From positions 28,722,628 to 28,786,627 of the forward strand of contig OZ037767.1 in NCBI GenBank assembly GCA_964035545.1: a stretch of 64,000 nt of DNA, given 5' to 3'. A program made the position numbers and the translations under genes. The notes beneath the pieces were generated by a model. The model was given only the letters and a program-made list of their open reading frames with translations, was not told the origin of the DNA and ran no database searches. The DNA is from Bugula neritina (lineage: Eukaryota; Animalia; Bryozoa). Within the stretch, counting starts at the first letter, position 1, and each line of letters opens with the position of its first letter. This document shows, in pieces, positions 1 through 19,209 of the stretch.

Positions 1-93
1 TAAAAGAGTTTATTATTATTTTACTTTACATCTTTCTCCCATAATATTCTATCAAAGCTTCTCTTCTTTCACATCATGATTGTTTTTGTGCAG

Positions 94-746
94 ATTTACT
101 ACATGCCTTGCACAGAAAACAAGAAACTCTGTCAATGAAAACGTTAGTTTGGTACTTTTCATAATTCCAATGGTGGTTATTGGTTTCATCTACATATCAA
201 TTATTTATGTACTTCATAGACAACAATCATCAGGTTAGTACTCAGTCACTGCTAGTTTATTAGTAGTCACACTAATATTTGCTCATGCCAACTGGTTGAA
301 CCATTGAAGTATTTCCTGATTATTAGTTTAATATTAGTTTCAACATGGTGGTTATGGTGACATAAAGGTTTTGAACAGCTAAAATAGAATCTAGATCTAC
401 ATTTAGATCAATATTTATTTCATATATTACAGTGAGTCTTCAATCCCAAGCTGCTAAGAAACTGAAATCATCGACCAGATCGGTAGGCTTCCTGTCTCTG
501 ACATTCATCATATCCTACCTGCCGATAATCATGTTGAAAATATTTGCCAAAGTGGAGAGTATCAAGAGCACAGATATAAGAGCTTACAGAGCCTCATATA
601 TGGTGCTATACATGAATGGGTTCATTAATCCCATAGTATATGCATTGTCCAATAAAGAATACAGAGAGACTGCCAAAAGACTGTTGCGTTTATGTTCTGT
701 GATCAAAGTAGCCACGGCACCACCTGAGCCCACCACAAGAGTTTAG
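94..746 (+). CDS. Rhodopsin-like (class A) GPCR, last two coding exons (94-233, 433-746); 5' part lies upstream of the window
   Basis: Exon 94-233 encodes TM5 (VLFIIPMVVIGFIYISIIYVL) and joins in phase via GT..AG to an exon with TM6 (FIISYLP), TM7 NPIVY and helix 8 (NKEYRET). Confidence 0.85.
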
Positions 747-1491
747 CGGTGCAGATGGATTGTACTATGACTGCTGTGTTTATATACCAGCCAGTGATCT
801 GCTCTACCACTAAGTCAGATACGAGTATTCAATGACACACAGCAGGAAAGAAGTCTCTTAATTTTAGACCAAGATTTAATTTTAAGTTTTCATCTTGAAT
901 GATGACAATAATGGAAACTAACGAGAATAACTTGCAGTTATTCGCTGTTTTAATGATAGCATCCTTTAGCGATATACTAATAATTATTATTATTGCAACA
1001 ATAATTGTAGTCAATTGTACAGCTGCTGTCAGGTCTGACCTCACAGAGAGATCCATTTTATGTCATACCTGCTATTTTTAACACCCTTTACGTATAAAAA
1101 ACGGTTCCTTTGTTCAAAAGTATTTTCCAAAGCTGATGGGGTGAGCAATACATGACATATTATAATGTGAGAACAATCACATTTGTTTTTAGGATTGTCT
1201 GTAAACATAATTTCACAAGTCGTGCTGAACACACTAACTTTTGTCAGCAATAGAATGCTTGCTCAATCATTGCTGGTATTAGCAGCAGTGTTTTCGTAGA
1301 AACGTCCTTATGTGGATAGACCTCACTTATTGCTTATTATTCAAAAATCTTTGATGAAATTTCATTGATAATTTTCAATTACTATGTAACAAATTATCTA
1401 GAAAATAAATTGAAAAAATATTAACCACAACATAGCCTTTTACCTAATGACAAATTCATATCTTCACACACTCACCTATATTTTGACATAC

Positions 1492-4454
1492 TCCTAGAGA
1501 AAGAGCAGGAGAGGTTATTATTGTGTCCAATCACAAGACCAGCATTGCCAACTACACCATACGGGAGTAGCCGACGCCATCCCAAGGATAAGCAACCAGT
1601 AGCCCGACGACTGCTTTCGTAATTGGCTGACAAACTGCTGTCTATAGACACATAGTTCTACAATACACCATCTGCTAGTAACTAATTGCTAACAGTTACA
1701 TCTACAGATAGTTATGTATATAGATAGTTGTATCTAGAGAAGAAATAATTCAACTATCTACAGATAAATTATATATCTAGAGACTACTTGGAGTTGCCTT
1801 TCCGGTGATATAATAATAAAACGCCGTCAGTTTGGCAAAGTCTTTCACTAAGACTTTGCCTAATAGCAAAGTTACAAAAGAACACATCACACGGTGCACC
1901 AAAAACAATGAAGAATACTTGTGGAATTTATGCTAATAATACTACACTACTACTAACAACCAAGTCTAACCTCTGTGCCAATTGGGAACTTGAACCCCTG
2001 CCCTAACTCCATTTTGGTAACGTCTATAGATACAAGCTGATCAAAAATAGTGACATCATCATCAGGGTCCTCACCAAAGTAGTTGGTTTCGAACACAGGA
2101 CACATGTCTATATGTATCGCAGTTTTTGCCTACAATCCAAATCATATAACAACTGTTTCATACAAAAGTTGAAAACTCCTAATGTAAATAAATACTTTTT
2201 CAACAGTATTGAAAACATGTAAAATAGACACGTAAATACGTATTTAATAGAAGGAACAGTTTATTGGTAAGAAAGTTGGCTAAAAAAGTGCTATGCCATG
2301 ACTTTGAATGCTAGTAGGCCATTGGTGATGCCAGAGAGAAAAATGTGAGCTTTATTTAGAGAAAATTCCTATAAACACTCCATGGCCGTATGCAACATTT
2401 CAACTTCACTTCGAACTAAGCTAACACGCCAAATAACTAACATGTGGGTTGTAGCTGTTGATTTCATCTTGAAACCTTTTGATCTCTAACAATCTTTGGT
2501 ATTCTTCCACGACTTCTTCAGAAGATCGCATGTCTTTACGGATCAGCTACTCAAAATATAAATATTTACAAAGACTTATATAATGAAACATATTTATTTT
2601 CTATATATCAATAGTAAGAATGGCTAACATTTTTAAAGTTGCTGTTTACAACTGTTTGAGCTATTTGATGTTCAGTACCTACACATATGCAGGGTCAGCC
2701 TGATTTGAAAATATTACATCTAGTGAACAGTTTATTAATATATCGTATAATCAATTTCATAAACATATTTATAATGCTTGAACATAAATGAAACTTCATT
2801 GATAGCACATTAACACACCTGAGAGTTCTCAAACTCCTGCAAACCCTCAGGTCCGACTGCATCATATATTCTCCGCAAATGTGGATCACAGAGAACTGTA
2901 AAGAAAAGTCAATATTCTGTTCAAAGGGCAGCAAACAAAGTGAGACACTTTCAACATTGACAAGTAGAACAGGGGAATATACCATCTTTAGCTCGCTTTA
3001 TTCTATGGAAAATATTCTCAGCAGCTTTCTTTGAATCTGGCGTAATATGCTTATCTGGATGGAACTGTAGACTTAAACGTTTATAGGCAGAATTAATCTC
3101 ATCTTCAGTAGCCTACAAGAAAACACAGCAGGTACAAACTAGCCAGTTTTTGGCGGCATTTATTTATTTCATTATAAAAACAGCCAATTTAGCTAATCTT
3201 AATTTTTTATTTTAGTATCGTTCAAAAATTGCAGTTTTTTTATATAAATATATTATACTTGAATATATTATATGGCAAAGGCAGCAAACCAGCTTGATAT
3301 TTTCAACTTGGCTATTGAAAAAACTCAATTTATTTAGTAAAATCAACTTGTGCAATGATAGAATATTTATATTATAACTTTGTTGTACAGTCAGTACAAT
3401 TAGCAGTTGAGAAAGCCAAGATTAACAGTGATATGGTCTTAGAGAGAACAACTTCCTAATGTAAATATTTAATGAAAAGCTCAAACAGTACTATGAAAAT
3501 TACAATAATTATTATACTGTAGATAATAATTGCAAAATATATTGAGAGGTTGAGTAACAATGGAACAGCAAATTTCCTAATATGATTTTACTTTCTCCCT
3601 AACAGATTATAATATAATACAATATAATATAATATAAATAGTAGTTTTGGAAAATCAAATGAAAAAAGTAGAGGTACTAAGTGACATTTGTAATTTGAGA
3701 GTTGCTTTCAAAAGTAATTATTGCCAATAGTAGCATTCATAGTGATAGAGTATCAATATGAGTCTCATACTCAGTCATAATGACAGTGACAATAATTATT
3801 ATTAACTAATTACTAATCAAATATCATCATAAAATTTCCTATGCCTATAAATGTATAATACTATTACAGTAATACTATTAGTATTAGTAATATTATACTA
3901 CCAGTAGCACTATCAGCAACTAGTACTACTACTTATTATTTTCAATTACTATCGCTCAGTAATCCTATTAGTATAAGTATAATTATAATTATAATGATAC
4001 TAATAATAATAATAATAATATTAATAATGATTATGATTTACGATTATTGTTATCAAAATGAATATGACCCTTACTACTAGTACTATCAATATCAGTTATC
4101 ATTATGACTATCAATATGTCTATGAATATGATAAATTTATGATTATCACTTAATCTTAACAGCATGACTATGAGTATCACTATCGTCTACTAGTAATTCT
4201 ATCACAATCAGTATCACTATCACATTCTGATTCCCTCCAGGTTCACTATCAGTTTGAATAAACAATATGTGCAATAATACATAACATATTAATTGCAAAT
4301 ATTAATACAATTATATCACATGCATATAATTGCCAAAATGTCAAATAATATATATAAGACTACCACATACTTCTTTATCAATCATCAATATAGAGTAAAG
4401 AGCCCATCTTTCAGGATTATTTTCATCATAACTTGTTTCATAGGAGGCCGCCAT
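1492..4454 (-). CDS. DNAJC11: DnaJ homolog subfamily C member 11-like, N-terminal part (exons 4371-4454, 2983-3112, 2819-2895, 2442-2546, ~1958-2129, 1492-1641); 3' end unresolved
   Basis: Spliced translation MAASYETSYDENNPERWALYSILMIDKE|ATEDEINSAYKRLSLQFHPDKH...AKD|VLCDPHLRRIYDAVGPEGL...|LIRKDMRSSEEVVEEYQRLL...NPH: J domain with HPD motif followed by a DNAJC11-like segment; phases consistent. Confidence 0.75.
3720..4260. repeat. Degenerate 3/6-bp periodic AT-rich tract in intron 1 of the DNAJC11-like gene
   Basis: Runs such as tattag/tactat/atgact/atcact/aataat. Confidence 0.6.
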
Positions 4455-5924
4455 CTTTGTATTAATCTCAAAACAAAACTATTTTTTATACCAAGAACCT
4501 TTGATCATCTTTAAACGTTTTTCGTCTTTTTTAAATTGCTCATTTGCATTAATGTAAATTTTTCAAATCAAATTTAATAAATACTATTGTAGCATATAAT
4601 AGAAATTGTCGAAAAATTTTTGCATTGATTAAACAGCTTCTGCTTATACCCAGAGTGATATATAATACGCTCTTACCTTTTGCTTAGAGGTGATACTTAT
4701 CTAATAATATAAGGAGCTTACACTATTCAATAAATTACAAAAGTATATGTATGCACTACTACACACCTGTTTAGTGAAAAACACCTGAGCAAAGTTTTTT
4801 TTAAGTTTTAGAAGTAACTGAGGAATATATTTCACAAGTTAGTGGAGCAAAGCTTTAAACCAAAATTAGGAAAATTGAGTATGATTTACCTTGGCCAGGA
4901 GTTTACCAGCTTTTAATTCTTGGACTCAAGCTTAAGTCAATGCATACACTTTCAAGGTGGAAACTAGTAATATAATAATAAGATTAACATTTATATTGTA
5001 TTGTATATGATTAGGGTGCTTACCCGATGGGTAATTGTACATTTACTGTAAAGACTTAATACAATATTCTTGTGAAGCAACTAGAGCTAATACAGAAGAT
5101 AACACCATCAGTAAGAAAATATGTTGAGTCAAAAGTCACCACTTTATAGTTGTGAATAGTTGTACTGGACCAGATATGATCAACTCTGAAAAGGGAAAAC
5201 AGTAACGCAAAGTTTACAACATGTTTTCTGCAACTTTTTTTCATGAATCAGCATAAGAAGTTATATTTTTGATTCAATAAAGAGAGCCTAATTTTGTGAC
5301 CTAATGCATACTTTGATTGTTTTTATATTTTGGAGATTAGCTACAATATTGCACATTTACATTATAACAGAAAACTACAGTGTTTAGAAAGATTGTTCAC
5401 ATGAATGGAATCAGTAAAGATCAACTCCTTTAGCTATTGCTTATGGCATTAAATCCTGCAATGAGTGCCTGAGGCCATTGTTATGATAGAGCTCTATCAA
5501 TATTTGAAAACTTCGAGTTCATGTTTCTTTGTACTGTCACAGTCAAAGGCTAGTATTATCACAATTACAATTTGTGACAAATTGAATACAGATGTACTAC
5601 TTTTTGTAATAAAGCCTGTATTGCTGCTTACAATTTATGTTGCAATTTGTACTATTTTTAAATTCTCTAAGCTCAAGAAATCTTGAAATAATATGGTAAA
5701 ACATGACCAGTTGGTTCAGACCCAGTTTTTGCATTTTCACAGATGTTGATTCTCACTCTGATTAGTTGCAGCCTTGAGTTCGGCAGATTACCTCATTATT
5801 TGACAGTCATAGCAGAGGAACTAGAGGTAATTCTACATAATATTATTTACTATTCAAAGTACACAAGTCTGAGAAACATTTTAGTAGGTAAAGCACACAT
5901 TTCTTTAATTTATTGCAGATCAGC

Positions 5925-7060
5925 ATGCAGAAGATTGCACTAACATTCCTTGCAATCGTGGGTGTAGCCTCAGCATTTAGTCGAAATGCCATAAGTTTGG
6001 GCTTGGTGAGTGACGTCTACCCAATAGAATTTTGGGATGCATTGGCTAACACTACAGATTCTGACTTAGAACCAGGGTTTAGAAGATTTGTTCTCTTATT
6101 GGACAGAACCAGAGCTGGTGATGAGTAAGTCATGGTAAACGTTATTTATTACCAGTAATGTATGACAATAATAACACATAGCACAAAAATTATTTTAAGA
6201 GTATTACAAAATGACTTGGGCTTTAAATTAAAATTTTGAGGTTTCTCTTATTTTTACCAAACCACCTATTTTCAAATATTTCTTTCAAAACCTGGTTTAT
6301 TTTACTAACTGAGCATGTTGTATGTAGATTTATAAGTCTTTATTAGTCAGTAAACATTTTACCAACCCCTACATTGAAGCATTACAGGTTATACTTACCT
6401 TTACTCTATCACATTATAATGCAGGCATTGGTGCTGTCACCATGGCCGAACTGATCATGCCAAAGTACCTGTTTACAACAACAGAGGGGAGGTAGTTGCT
6501 TGGAACCAGGTGCCCTGTGAGAAGGTTGGGTGCTGTGACAAGTTTCTTGAAGTTGCCAACCATTGTTTAGGTAAGAATGAGCAGACACGTGTCAGCAGGT
6601 GCTTCTTTTTCAGCCAATCACATTCTGTATTGCTTGGTTTTTAGTTTCTACTCAATAACTTATAGTTGCATTGCACACAATTTGACTGCAGATGAAAAAT
6701 TTGATTAATTTAATTGCAATTATACAAATTAGTTCAATCTCATACTCTATGTTATGCTTTATTGGTGTCATTAAATACTTGTATAATATTTTAATTTGTA
6801 AACTTATATTATGAGCATTGTCTGCTATTAAATTAAAAGCTTCACTATCAAACAGCATAACTGATTTCCAACCGTAAGTTTGCTGAAGTTTGGGTCATCA
6901 GTAGAAAAGTTTTACTATGGTGTATTATTGTGCTACAGACAAAGAGGGCCAGTCCCAGCTACTGGATGCTTTAGATATTGCCAGAACTAGACTAGGTGCC
7001 AAGGACACAGCTGACTTGATATCTCTGCTCAAAAGTGGGAATGAGAATATCATTGGATAG
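5925..7060 (+). CDS. Uncharacterised secreted cysteine-rich protein of about 155 aa (exons 5925-6124, 6425-6570, 6939-7060)
   Basis: Signal peptide MQKIALTFLAIVGVASA; in-phase GT-AG junctions; exon 2 HWCCHHG...VPCEKVGCCDKFLEVANHCL; stop at 7058-7060; AATAAA near 7090. Confidence 0.75.
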
Positions 7061-8053
7061 ACATTAACTTTCCTGTAAATGTGAATAGAAATAAATAAAC
7101 TGATGACAACAAACGAGCACAAATCTTTTTTGTTTCAATTACTTGTATGTTAAATTGTAGCTATGCTCAAATATAGTATTACCTAATTCAAGTAATACTA
7201 GAGAAACAGGTAGTTCTTCAAAGTTATTGAAACTCTGCAAAAATGTTTAATTGGTAAAACAAAGCAAATTTTTTTCAAATTTTTTGTTAGTTTACTAATA
7301 GTTTTACTAAGCTTTAGCAATCATTTAAGTGAAAATGCATTCAGTAGCTATATATAATATCCTATTTGCTACATATTATGTGCTATTTATTATAACTATA
7401 ATATATATAAATTATGCTATAGTCTATATGCATATAATATATTATGCAATGTGCTATAAACATTGGAGTTTTGAGAACATTAAGCAATTGTCAAATAAAC
7501 TTTGTATTTTTTAGAAGCAGCCATTTACGTCTTAACTCAAGTGAAAATTACTAGAAGCAGTTATTACTTGAAATTTTGAAGGTTCACCCAAGTCCTAAAG
7601 TCTTTTAACTATAATGCAAATAGAAAGCAAACTAACAATGACAGATAAAGTAGTAATGTTAGATAATCAGATGCCATATAATAACCTGTTAAGGTCATAA
7701 CTGTTGAATGTCTATAAAAGAAGTTCGTGGCTATTAACTTTAATGTTTTTATAAACGTGAAAGATTGGTTTGATATAAATTCAAATATATATACTCCTAG
7801 AAACTGCTACTATAATGAATGCATTATCTGGAATTGAACAAATATTTTTAAATTAGAACTATATTATGGTGATGCAAATTGTACACAGTGATACCCTCAC
7901 AGTACTAACATCAACCTCTGCCTTTCTAGGTGTCAGTTGAATCCATTCTCTTTAACCTAAACTTGTCCTTCTACTTTGAGGATAAGAGTAATCTTGGGAA
8001 TAGACATTTGGTTTTGTATCTTCAACTCTATAAAAGTTAATGTACTTGCGTCA

Positions 8054-8059
8054 TATAAA
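8054..8059 (+). promoter_or_regulatory. TATA box of the carboxypeptidase gene
   Basis: TATAAA about 45 bp upstream of the ATG at 8099. Confidence 0.55.
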
Positions 8060-8098
8060 TACCACCCCAGCATAGAAAGTCCAAGTTCAGTTCTGAAG

Positions 8099-11000
8099 AT
8101 GGCTTGCAGTGTACTGACTGTCTTCCTCTCCCTCCTGCTGTCTACGGCAGTAGCGGAGATAGTTAGATATGACGGGTAAGTTAGACTTTAAAAACTTCTG
8201 ACGCTTGCATCAGTTTGATACAAGCAATGTAGAATGACATCTCTGATCTGTCACCAAGAAAGTTAAAATCATATAATATGAAACTGAGATGGTGAATATA
8301 TGAATGTAATATGAAAGCATAGATGGTATAACTGTAATATTAATATGCAGATGTTTAAATTGTAACCTTAAACAGTCACTATTCCTATATATTCTGTGTC
8401 AATAGCTTTGACGATTGACACTATATGTCTAATATAGTATAATGATAATGCTATATATTTATTATATTTCACAAACACTAGCAAATTAAAATCAACAGCC
8501 CAAATGTTTGGATATTGTTATCGGCAGCAATAAATAAATTCTAGTTATCAGAGAAAGAAGGAATAGAAATCTGTGGTTAAATATTTAAAAGAGCTAATTA
8601 TGGGTACAATACAAACCAAACCAATACATCCTATATTACAAAAAATTTGCATTTATGTATGTGTACTTTATTCATGGACATTATAGTTGCAGTATGTTTC
8701 TAGACTTAGGTTATATTATTTGAATATTTTCTCCAGTTGCTAGCCAACTATTGCAAAACAAAGTATTAGCAGACTTGTGATTTAAATATTAGCACTGTAA
8801 CAAAGGTGATACCAAAATATTTTTCTGCAGAATTATGTCAACATCACATAAGCATTATAAATATTTCCATTAACAGCTTGCTTTACTGTACTTCACAATA
8901 TATTATATCTACTCAGGTGTGAGTGTCAGTGTGTAACCATTACAAGTAAGGACACAAACCACCAACCTTTTTCCAAAGCTTTTGACAATTGAAAAGCATT
9001 ATAAAACATTTTACTATTATAAATAGTAAAATGGAGTATAATTATTTTTAAGTAATTAATTTTTTAGTTTAACTCCTATTTCTACTAAGCATTCGTGATT
9101 ACTATCAAAATAAAAATGTATTTAAAGGATGAGATCAGTAGCTTCCTCAACTCAGTTTTAGATTATTTCAGGAAGAAGTTGTCTTTGCAAAGTGCTTAGT
9201 CAGCTTTAGTGCATTAGTGTAGGAACAAAAGAAATTAAAAAACCATTTGGCATGTTTTGTGATTACACAATCACTCAATTTGTGTAAACTGCAATATGCC
9301 AGGCCAATTTGTTAGTATTTGGAAGGTCAGGAATTTACAAGGAAAAAAAATACTTTCTTTATCCTTATCCTGCTGTCTTTTACACCTATAATGCATGCAA
9401 AGCATTTAGCTTTTTGTTACACACAAAGAGTTGATCTAGACCGCCAATGACACCTGAAATAGCCAGATATTGTGCCGTTTGAAACACTTCAAAATTTTGT
9501 TGTAAAAGAAAAGAAATAGAAAGGATTCATTTTCTTATAACTTGATTTTTATTAAAACTGCTTTTCTTGAGCTCTAAGTGATATCGTGTTTTACTTGAAC
9601 ATTATATTATATTCTTTGTATCTTTTAAATACAGGCATAAAGTGATACGAGTGCAGGCTACTAACAGAGACCAAGTTGAATGGCTGGTAAAGCTCCATCA
9701 TGAAACACCAGTAAGTGTCAAAAGATTCTAAGCAAGCTCTGTTTATTAGTTTGAAATGTGTGGACGCAATGCAGCAAAGCTTTTTAAAAATTAATGTTTC
9801 TTGGAGTCCTAACCATCTAGCTATTACAAAGTTATAAATTAAGTCTCGTTTGCATATAAATAATTGTGCATCTGAAAGAACTTTTTATTAGTTATTCAAC
9901 TTATTTTATCAGCAAATTCAATACTAAATAATTCTTTAATAGTACTTTAAGTCAGACTTCATTGTAAGCTTTTTGCAGCACTCTAAACATTAGGTAGCTA
10001 CACATTTTATTAAATATTCATGATTCGACTTTTGTGATAGAAACATGCAGTAAATTAAGTTTTCTTTTTTAAAGAAAAGACTGAAAGCACATTTTTATTG
10101 CAGTTAGATTTTTGGACTCATCCAAGTTTGGTTAGACCAACGGATATTCGTCTGGAGCCAGCAGATTACAAGAATATAACAGACCAGCTCATACACCGAG
10201 GCTTCAACTACACAGTAGTCCATGAAGATGTACAACAGTATGCTATTAACTCTTCTTATGGTCTCAACTAATTCTTTCCGTCAGGTAAATTACACAGGCT
10301 ATATACTGGGTGCTTTTACAGGTTAATAGAGAGCGCGGGTCAGCATCCCCACGGCAGAGACAAGCGATGGATTCTCCAGCTCTTTCAACGAGGTTTCCAA
10401 GTTCCTGATAACTTCGCTTCTTACTACCAAGTAACTGTTTACCTACTTGAGTACTTATGTTGCATGTCAATACTTATATAAGCACTTACACTAATTTTAA
10501 AATTTGAAACATTTTTTTTTGCAGTTTATACCAAGAAGTTTGAGGAAATAAAAGTATATACTAATAACTATCAGAATAAATATTGCTTCGTTGATTTCTG
10601 GCTGATATGCGGAGACTTTGAATAGATTGTCGTCAGATACTATGTTTATTTTAAACAGATTTACAAATGGATGATGGCAAAAGAAAAAGAGTTCCCAAAC
10701 ATTATGAAAGTTGAGTCTATTGGAAAAACTTATGAAAGGATGGAGCAATACATAGCAAAGGTATTTCTCTTCCACGGCAAAAAGTTTTAACATTCAGTCA
10801 AGTTAAATCAGGTGTAACTTCAGGTTAACTGATCCTGTGTTATTTAAAATGTTATGTGTTACTGGTGAAATTTGCCATTATAACTACATACACGCGCACA
10901 CACACACACAATCAAATCCTAATCTTATAGTTACAGCTAGTTATATAGCCTATAAACTTATATTCAGATTGGGATATGGGTTATTTTTCTGGGTGTTATG

Positions 11001-13787
11001 TTAGTTAGCCCACACAGCAGTTGGACATCACTCTATCTATGAGTTATGCTGATGCACTTTGTATTATAGTGTTTTATTCACTTAGATTGGTGAACCAGGG
11101 GTCGATAAACCAATCATATGGATTGACTCTGGAATACATGGCAGAGAGTGGATTTCTATCACCACTGGAGTGAACATAATAGACAAGGTATGGTCTGGGT
11201 TCATATCTGACAATAGCTATGTGTATAAGTATCTGTTGCTGTTGCTAGTTAAAGATATGCTTCTGATTGGCTAATGCCTGTTGACCTAATTGCAAACTTA
11301 TCTCTATATCAGAGTCGTTTGTGATCAACATATATGTATACATGCAAACAGCAAAAGGTTAGTAAGTCTTTTGTTCCAGATGCTTTGGACTGTTTAAAAT
11401 TTATAGTTTAAATTAACTAGTTAAAAGTGAAAAGCTGCTTTAGTAAGTACTAGCAGCTATAAGTAAGAATGGTATTGTGTATTCGCATGCAAGCATCTCA
11501 TGCAATATACATCGGTCTGCTGTTGTAGCTGCTCAATGGCTATAAAACTAAAGATCCACAGGTGTTGAAGCTGCTGAAAAAATTTGACTGGTACATTCTC
11601 CCTGTAGCTAATCCTGATGGCTATATTTTTACACACTATAGTGGGGTAAGTTTAAGGAGATGTCTTCATAACATAATTATGCATGTATAATAAATTCTTA
11701 ATATAAAAATGAGTTACTAATATATTGTTGAAATTTTTATAGTTGCATAATAAAACCTTGTTATAGGTTGTAGATTTATAATTTGATGATTAAATTTTAT
11801 TGTAATAATTATTTGTTACAAGTTATGGTCTTATAAAATATCTATGTTGAAATATTTTATTACATTTAATTTATTTCATTATATAAAGTAAACTTTATTT
11901 AGATAAAATAAGTAGTAAACAGCAAAATGTTTCTCGATTATTTATTTTTAATAAAGTTATTATATTTTATTATTCTTCTCAGGGAAGATTGTGGAGAAAA
12001 ACGAGGACCAACTATGGAAACGGCATGTATGGAGCTGATCCTAATAGAAACTGGGACTACAAGTGGTGCGGTAAGAGATTAAGGCTGTATAGTTGACACA
12101 AACTGTAAATCATTATACACAACTGTTGAGAATATGGGCTACGGATTACAAAGAAGTGCTGGGGAATGCATGTATGTAGATATAATATGTTAGACAGATT
12201 GTAAGTATGCATAGGACTGGGAGTAGAGCAAGTATACACAATGTTAGACAGAGCAAGTATAGGGAACTGCTGTAAAACTCATTCAAATAATATTATGCAG
12301 ATAAGTTACATTACTTGTAAACATCTCATGTGGGTAACTTGTGTGTAAAATGTGCAGAGAAACTAACAAATAACTAATAATTATTTTTATCTAATATTGG
12401 AACATAAAGTAAGGCCGACAAAAAGTCTGCAGCGATCATATTGTTAAAGTGAGGTCATAAGAGAAATGCTGAAATGGTTATAAAATATGTTGAATAATTG
12501 ATACAGAAAAGGAAGTTTCCAGCATTTGACTATTTGAGATAAATCGTTTTTTATAACGGCACCGTACATTGATAGTAAGTAGTGTGAGCTAGCTTATACA
12601 TTTGACTAAGTATATTAAACACATATTGGCAGCAACAAAATGAAATAAATATATATTATATTGGCAGCAGTGTTGTTACAGAAACTGGCAGCTCAAGATT
12701 ACCGAATATGTCTAGCTATTGTGGACTAAAACCCTGGTCAGAAAAGTGTGTGGAGAACATGAAGAATACTCTACTCTCTATCAAGTCTAGACTGAGAGTT
12801 TACCTAACTATACACAGCTACGGGCAGTTCTTGTTCGTCCCCTATGCCTGGTCTGCAAATAGTTACCCACAAGACTACCGCCAGCTGGTATGAAGCAAAT
12901 CCTAACAAACAGCTTGCTATAAAAATAAACTGAAAAGAAATCCTCATCTCTACCAATAATGTGATTTGCTTATATAAAATGCAGTCTTCTTCTTGTATAG
13001 TTGAGTGCTGGACAAGCTGCGGCAGCTGCTATGAGGAAATCTTCTGGAGCTATTTACCAAGTTGGCAGAGTTCCAGATTTTATATGTAAGTATTATAAAC
13101 TATAGTGATGTACGTAGTAATAATCTTATAACTATACTCGTACATACGCACACATACACATTTCATCCAGCTATACACAACTCTACTCTTGTTACAGTTT
13201 CGAAATATTTGCTTCTAAATTGAAACTGTTAAGAGTAGAGATTCTAAATGTAAATTAATGTTTATTGAAATAACAATGTTCATATATGATTTTGTTTTAT
13301 TTTTGCTAGCATTGCCCAATACAGTGTTGACAATGACACACATGTTGTTGGATGTGCGTTGCTTATAACTTATTTGGCAGTAAACATTTACACCTAAATC
13401 AATTGATACATTCAGTACCTACTAAATTAAATTTTAAATGCATGGTTCAGCTTTTTAAATGCTAAAAATTATGTGAGAATGTGTATTAAATCAAATGGAA
13501 TTCATTGTAACCCAACAAATTGTTATGCAAGGCGAAACAACTTTAACATCTCAGATATTATCATGACTCATGTTTTAGATGAAGCATCTGGATCTTCAAT
13601 GGACTGGGTGAAGGCAACACTTGGAACAAAGTACGTGTTTGGCCTGGAGCTAAGGCCAGCCACTGCTGAAAACAACTTGGGATTCATTGTGTCTCATAAT
13701 CAAATAAAGCCTGTGGCCCAAGAAGTGTGGGAAGGACTGAAAGTGATGGCAGAGAATGCTAAAACAAATAATGTCATTTTTGGATAA
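8099..13787 (+). CDS. Secreted zinc carboxypeptidase, M14A (CPA/CPB-like) with activation propeptide, 11 coding exons
   Basis: Signal peptide; VRYDGHKVIRV and LDFW propeptide; GIHGREW (HxxE), PVANPDGY, LWRKTR, DPNRNW, IHSYGQ, ASGSSMDW, GLELR (Glu270); junctions in phase. Confidence 0.93.
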
Positions 13788-14232
13788 TTTATTGTTCTAA
13801 AGAAAAAATATCACAATATAGCTGAGAGACTGGTGCAAAAAATGTAGAACTATTTCAGTTGGCTGACACGTGCCACAATGTGCACGCTGAAACTAATACA
13901 GTCACAATATTCAAACTATGTAGTTAGCCAGTTTAGCACTGTCATAGAACATTCCGATAGATTACTAGTTAGTATGAGTTCAATAATATCCGTTATTCAG
14001 CTCACAAACAACATTTTGATTCTTGTGACAAATATACAATTAACACTACAATAAAAACTAATTATTCTTGCTTAGAAAAATATAAAAAGAAGGTGGAATT
14101 TTTAGTATTTAGAGGTCAAAAGATTGTAAATAAATTGTCTAATGCTTAAAAATCCTTTATGAGCACACAGAGAGACACAATAAATATATATTTTCAACTA
14201 CTCCAGGCTCTGGCTGGTTGTGTATAACTAAA

Positions 14233-18881
<4,649 letters not shown>

Positions 18882-19209
18882 TTCGCTAGGGAAAGCTGAA
18901 AATCTCACTTCAAAAATCCACTTTCAGCGTAATACTAATTTTTGAACAGGAAACCCTTTTCTCATTCTGATTTAAAATTTTGAAGTTTCTAATTGCAACT
19001 GCAAGTTTACCCAAAATACTTGCTGCGTTGTCTTTAGAAATCACGGGCGGAAAGCTTCTGTTTTATTTTATCGTTAAATGTTGACTATGTTTAAAGGCTT
19101 AATATGTAGCGAGCCAAGCTCTAATAATGTTCAAATTTAGCGCAGATTTCTAGCGAACAGGCAAAACATTTCAGTTACCGTATAACCAAGAAAAAAAAAA
19201 CGTGTTGTA

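Noticed and set aside
2695-2985. 96-aa ORF MVYSPVLL...
   Set aside because: Off-frame read across DNAJC11-like introns and exon 3.
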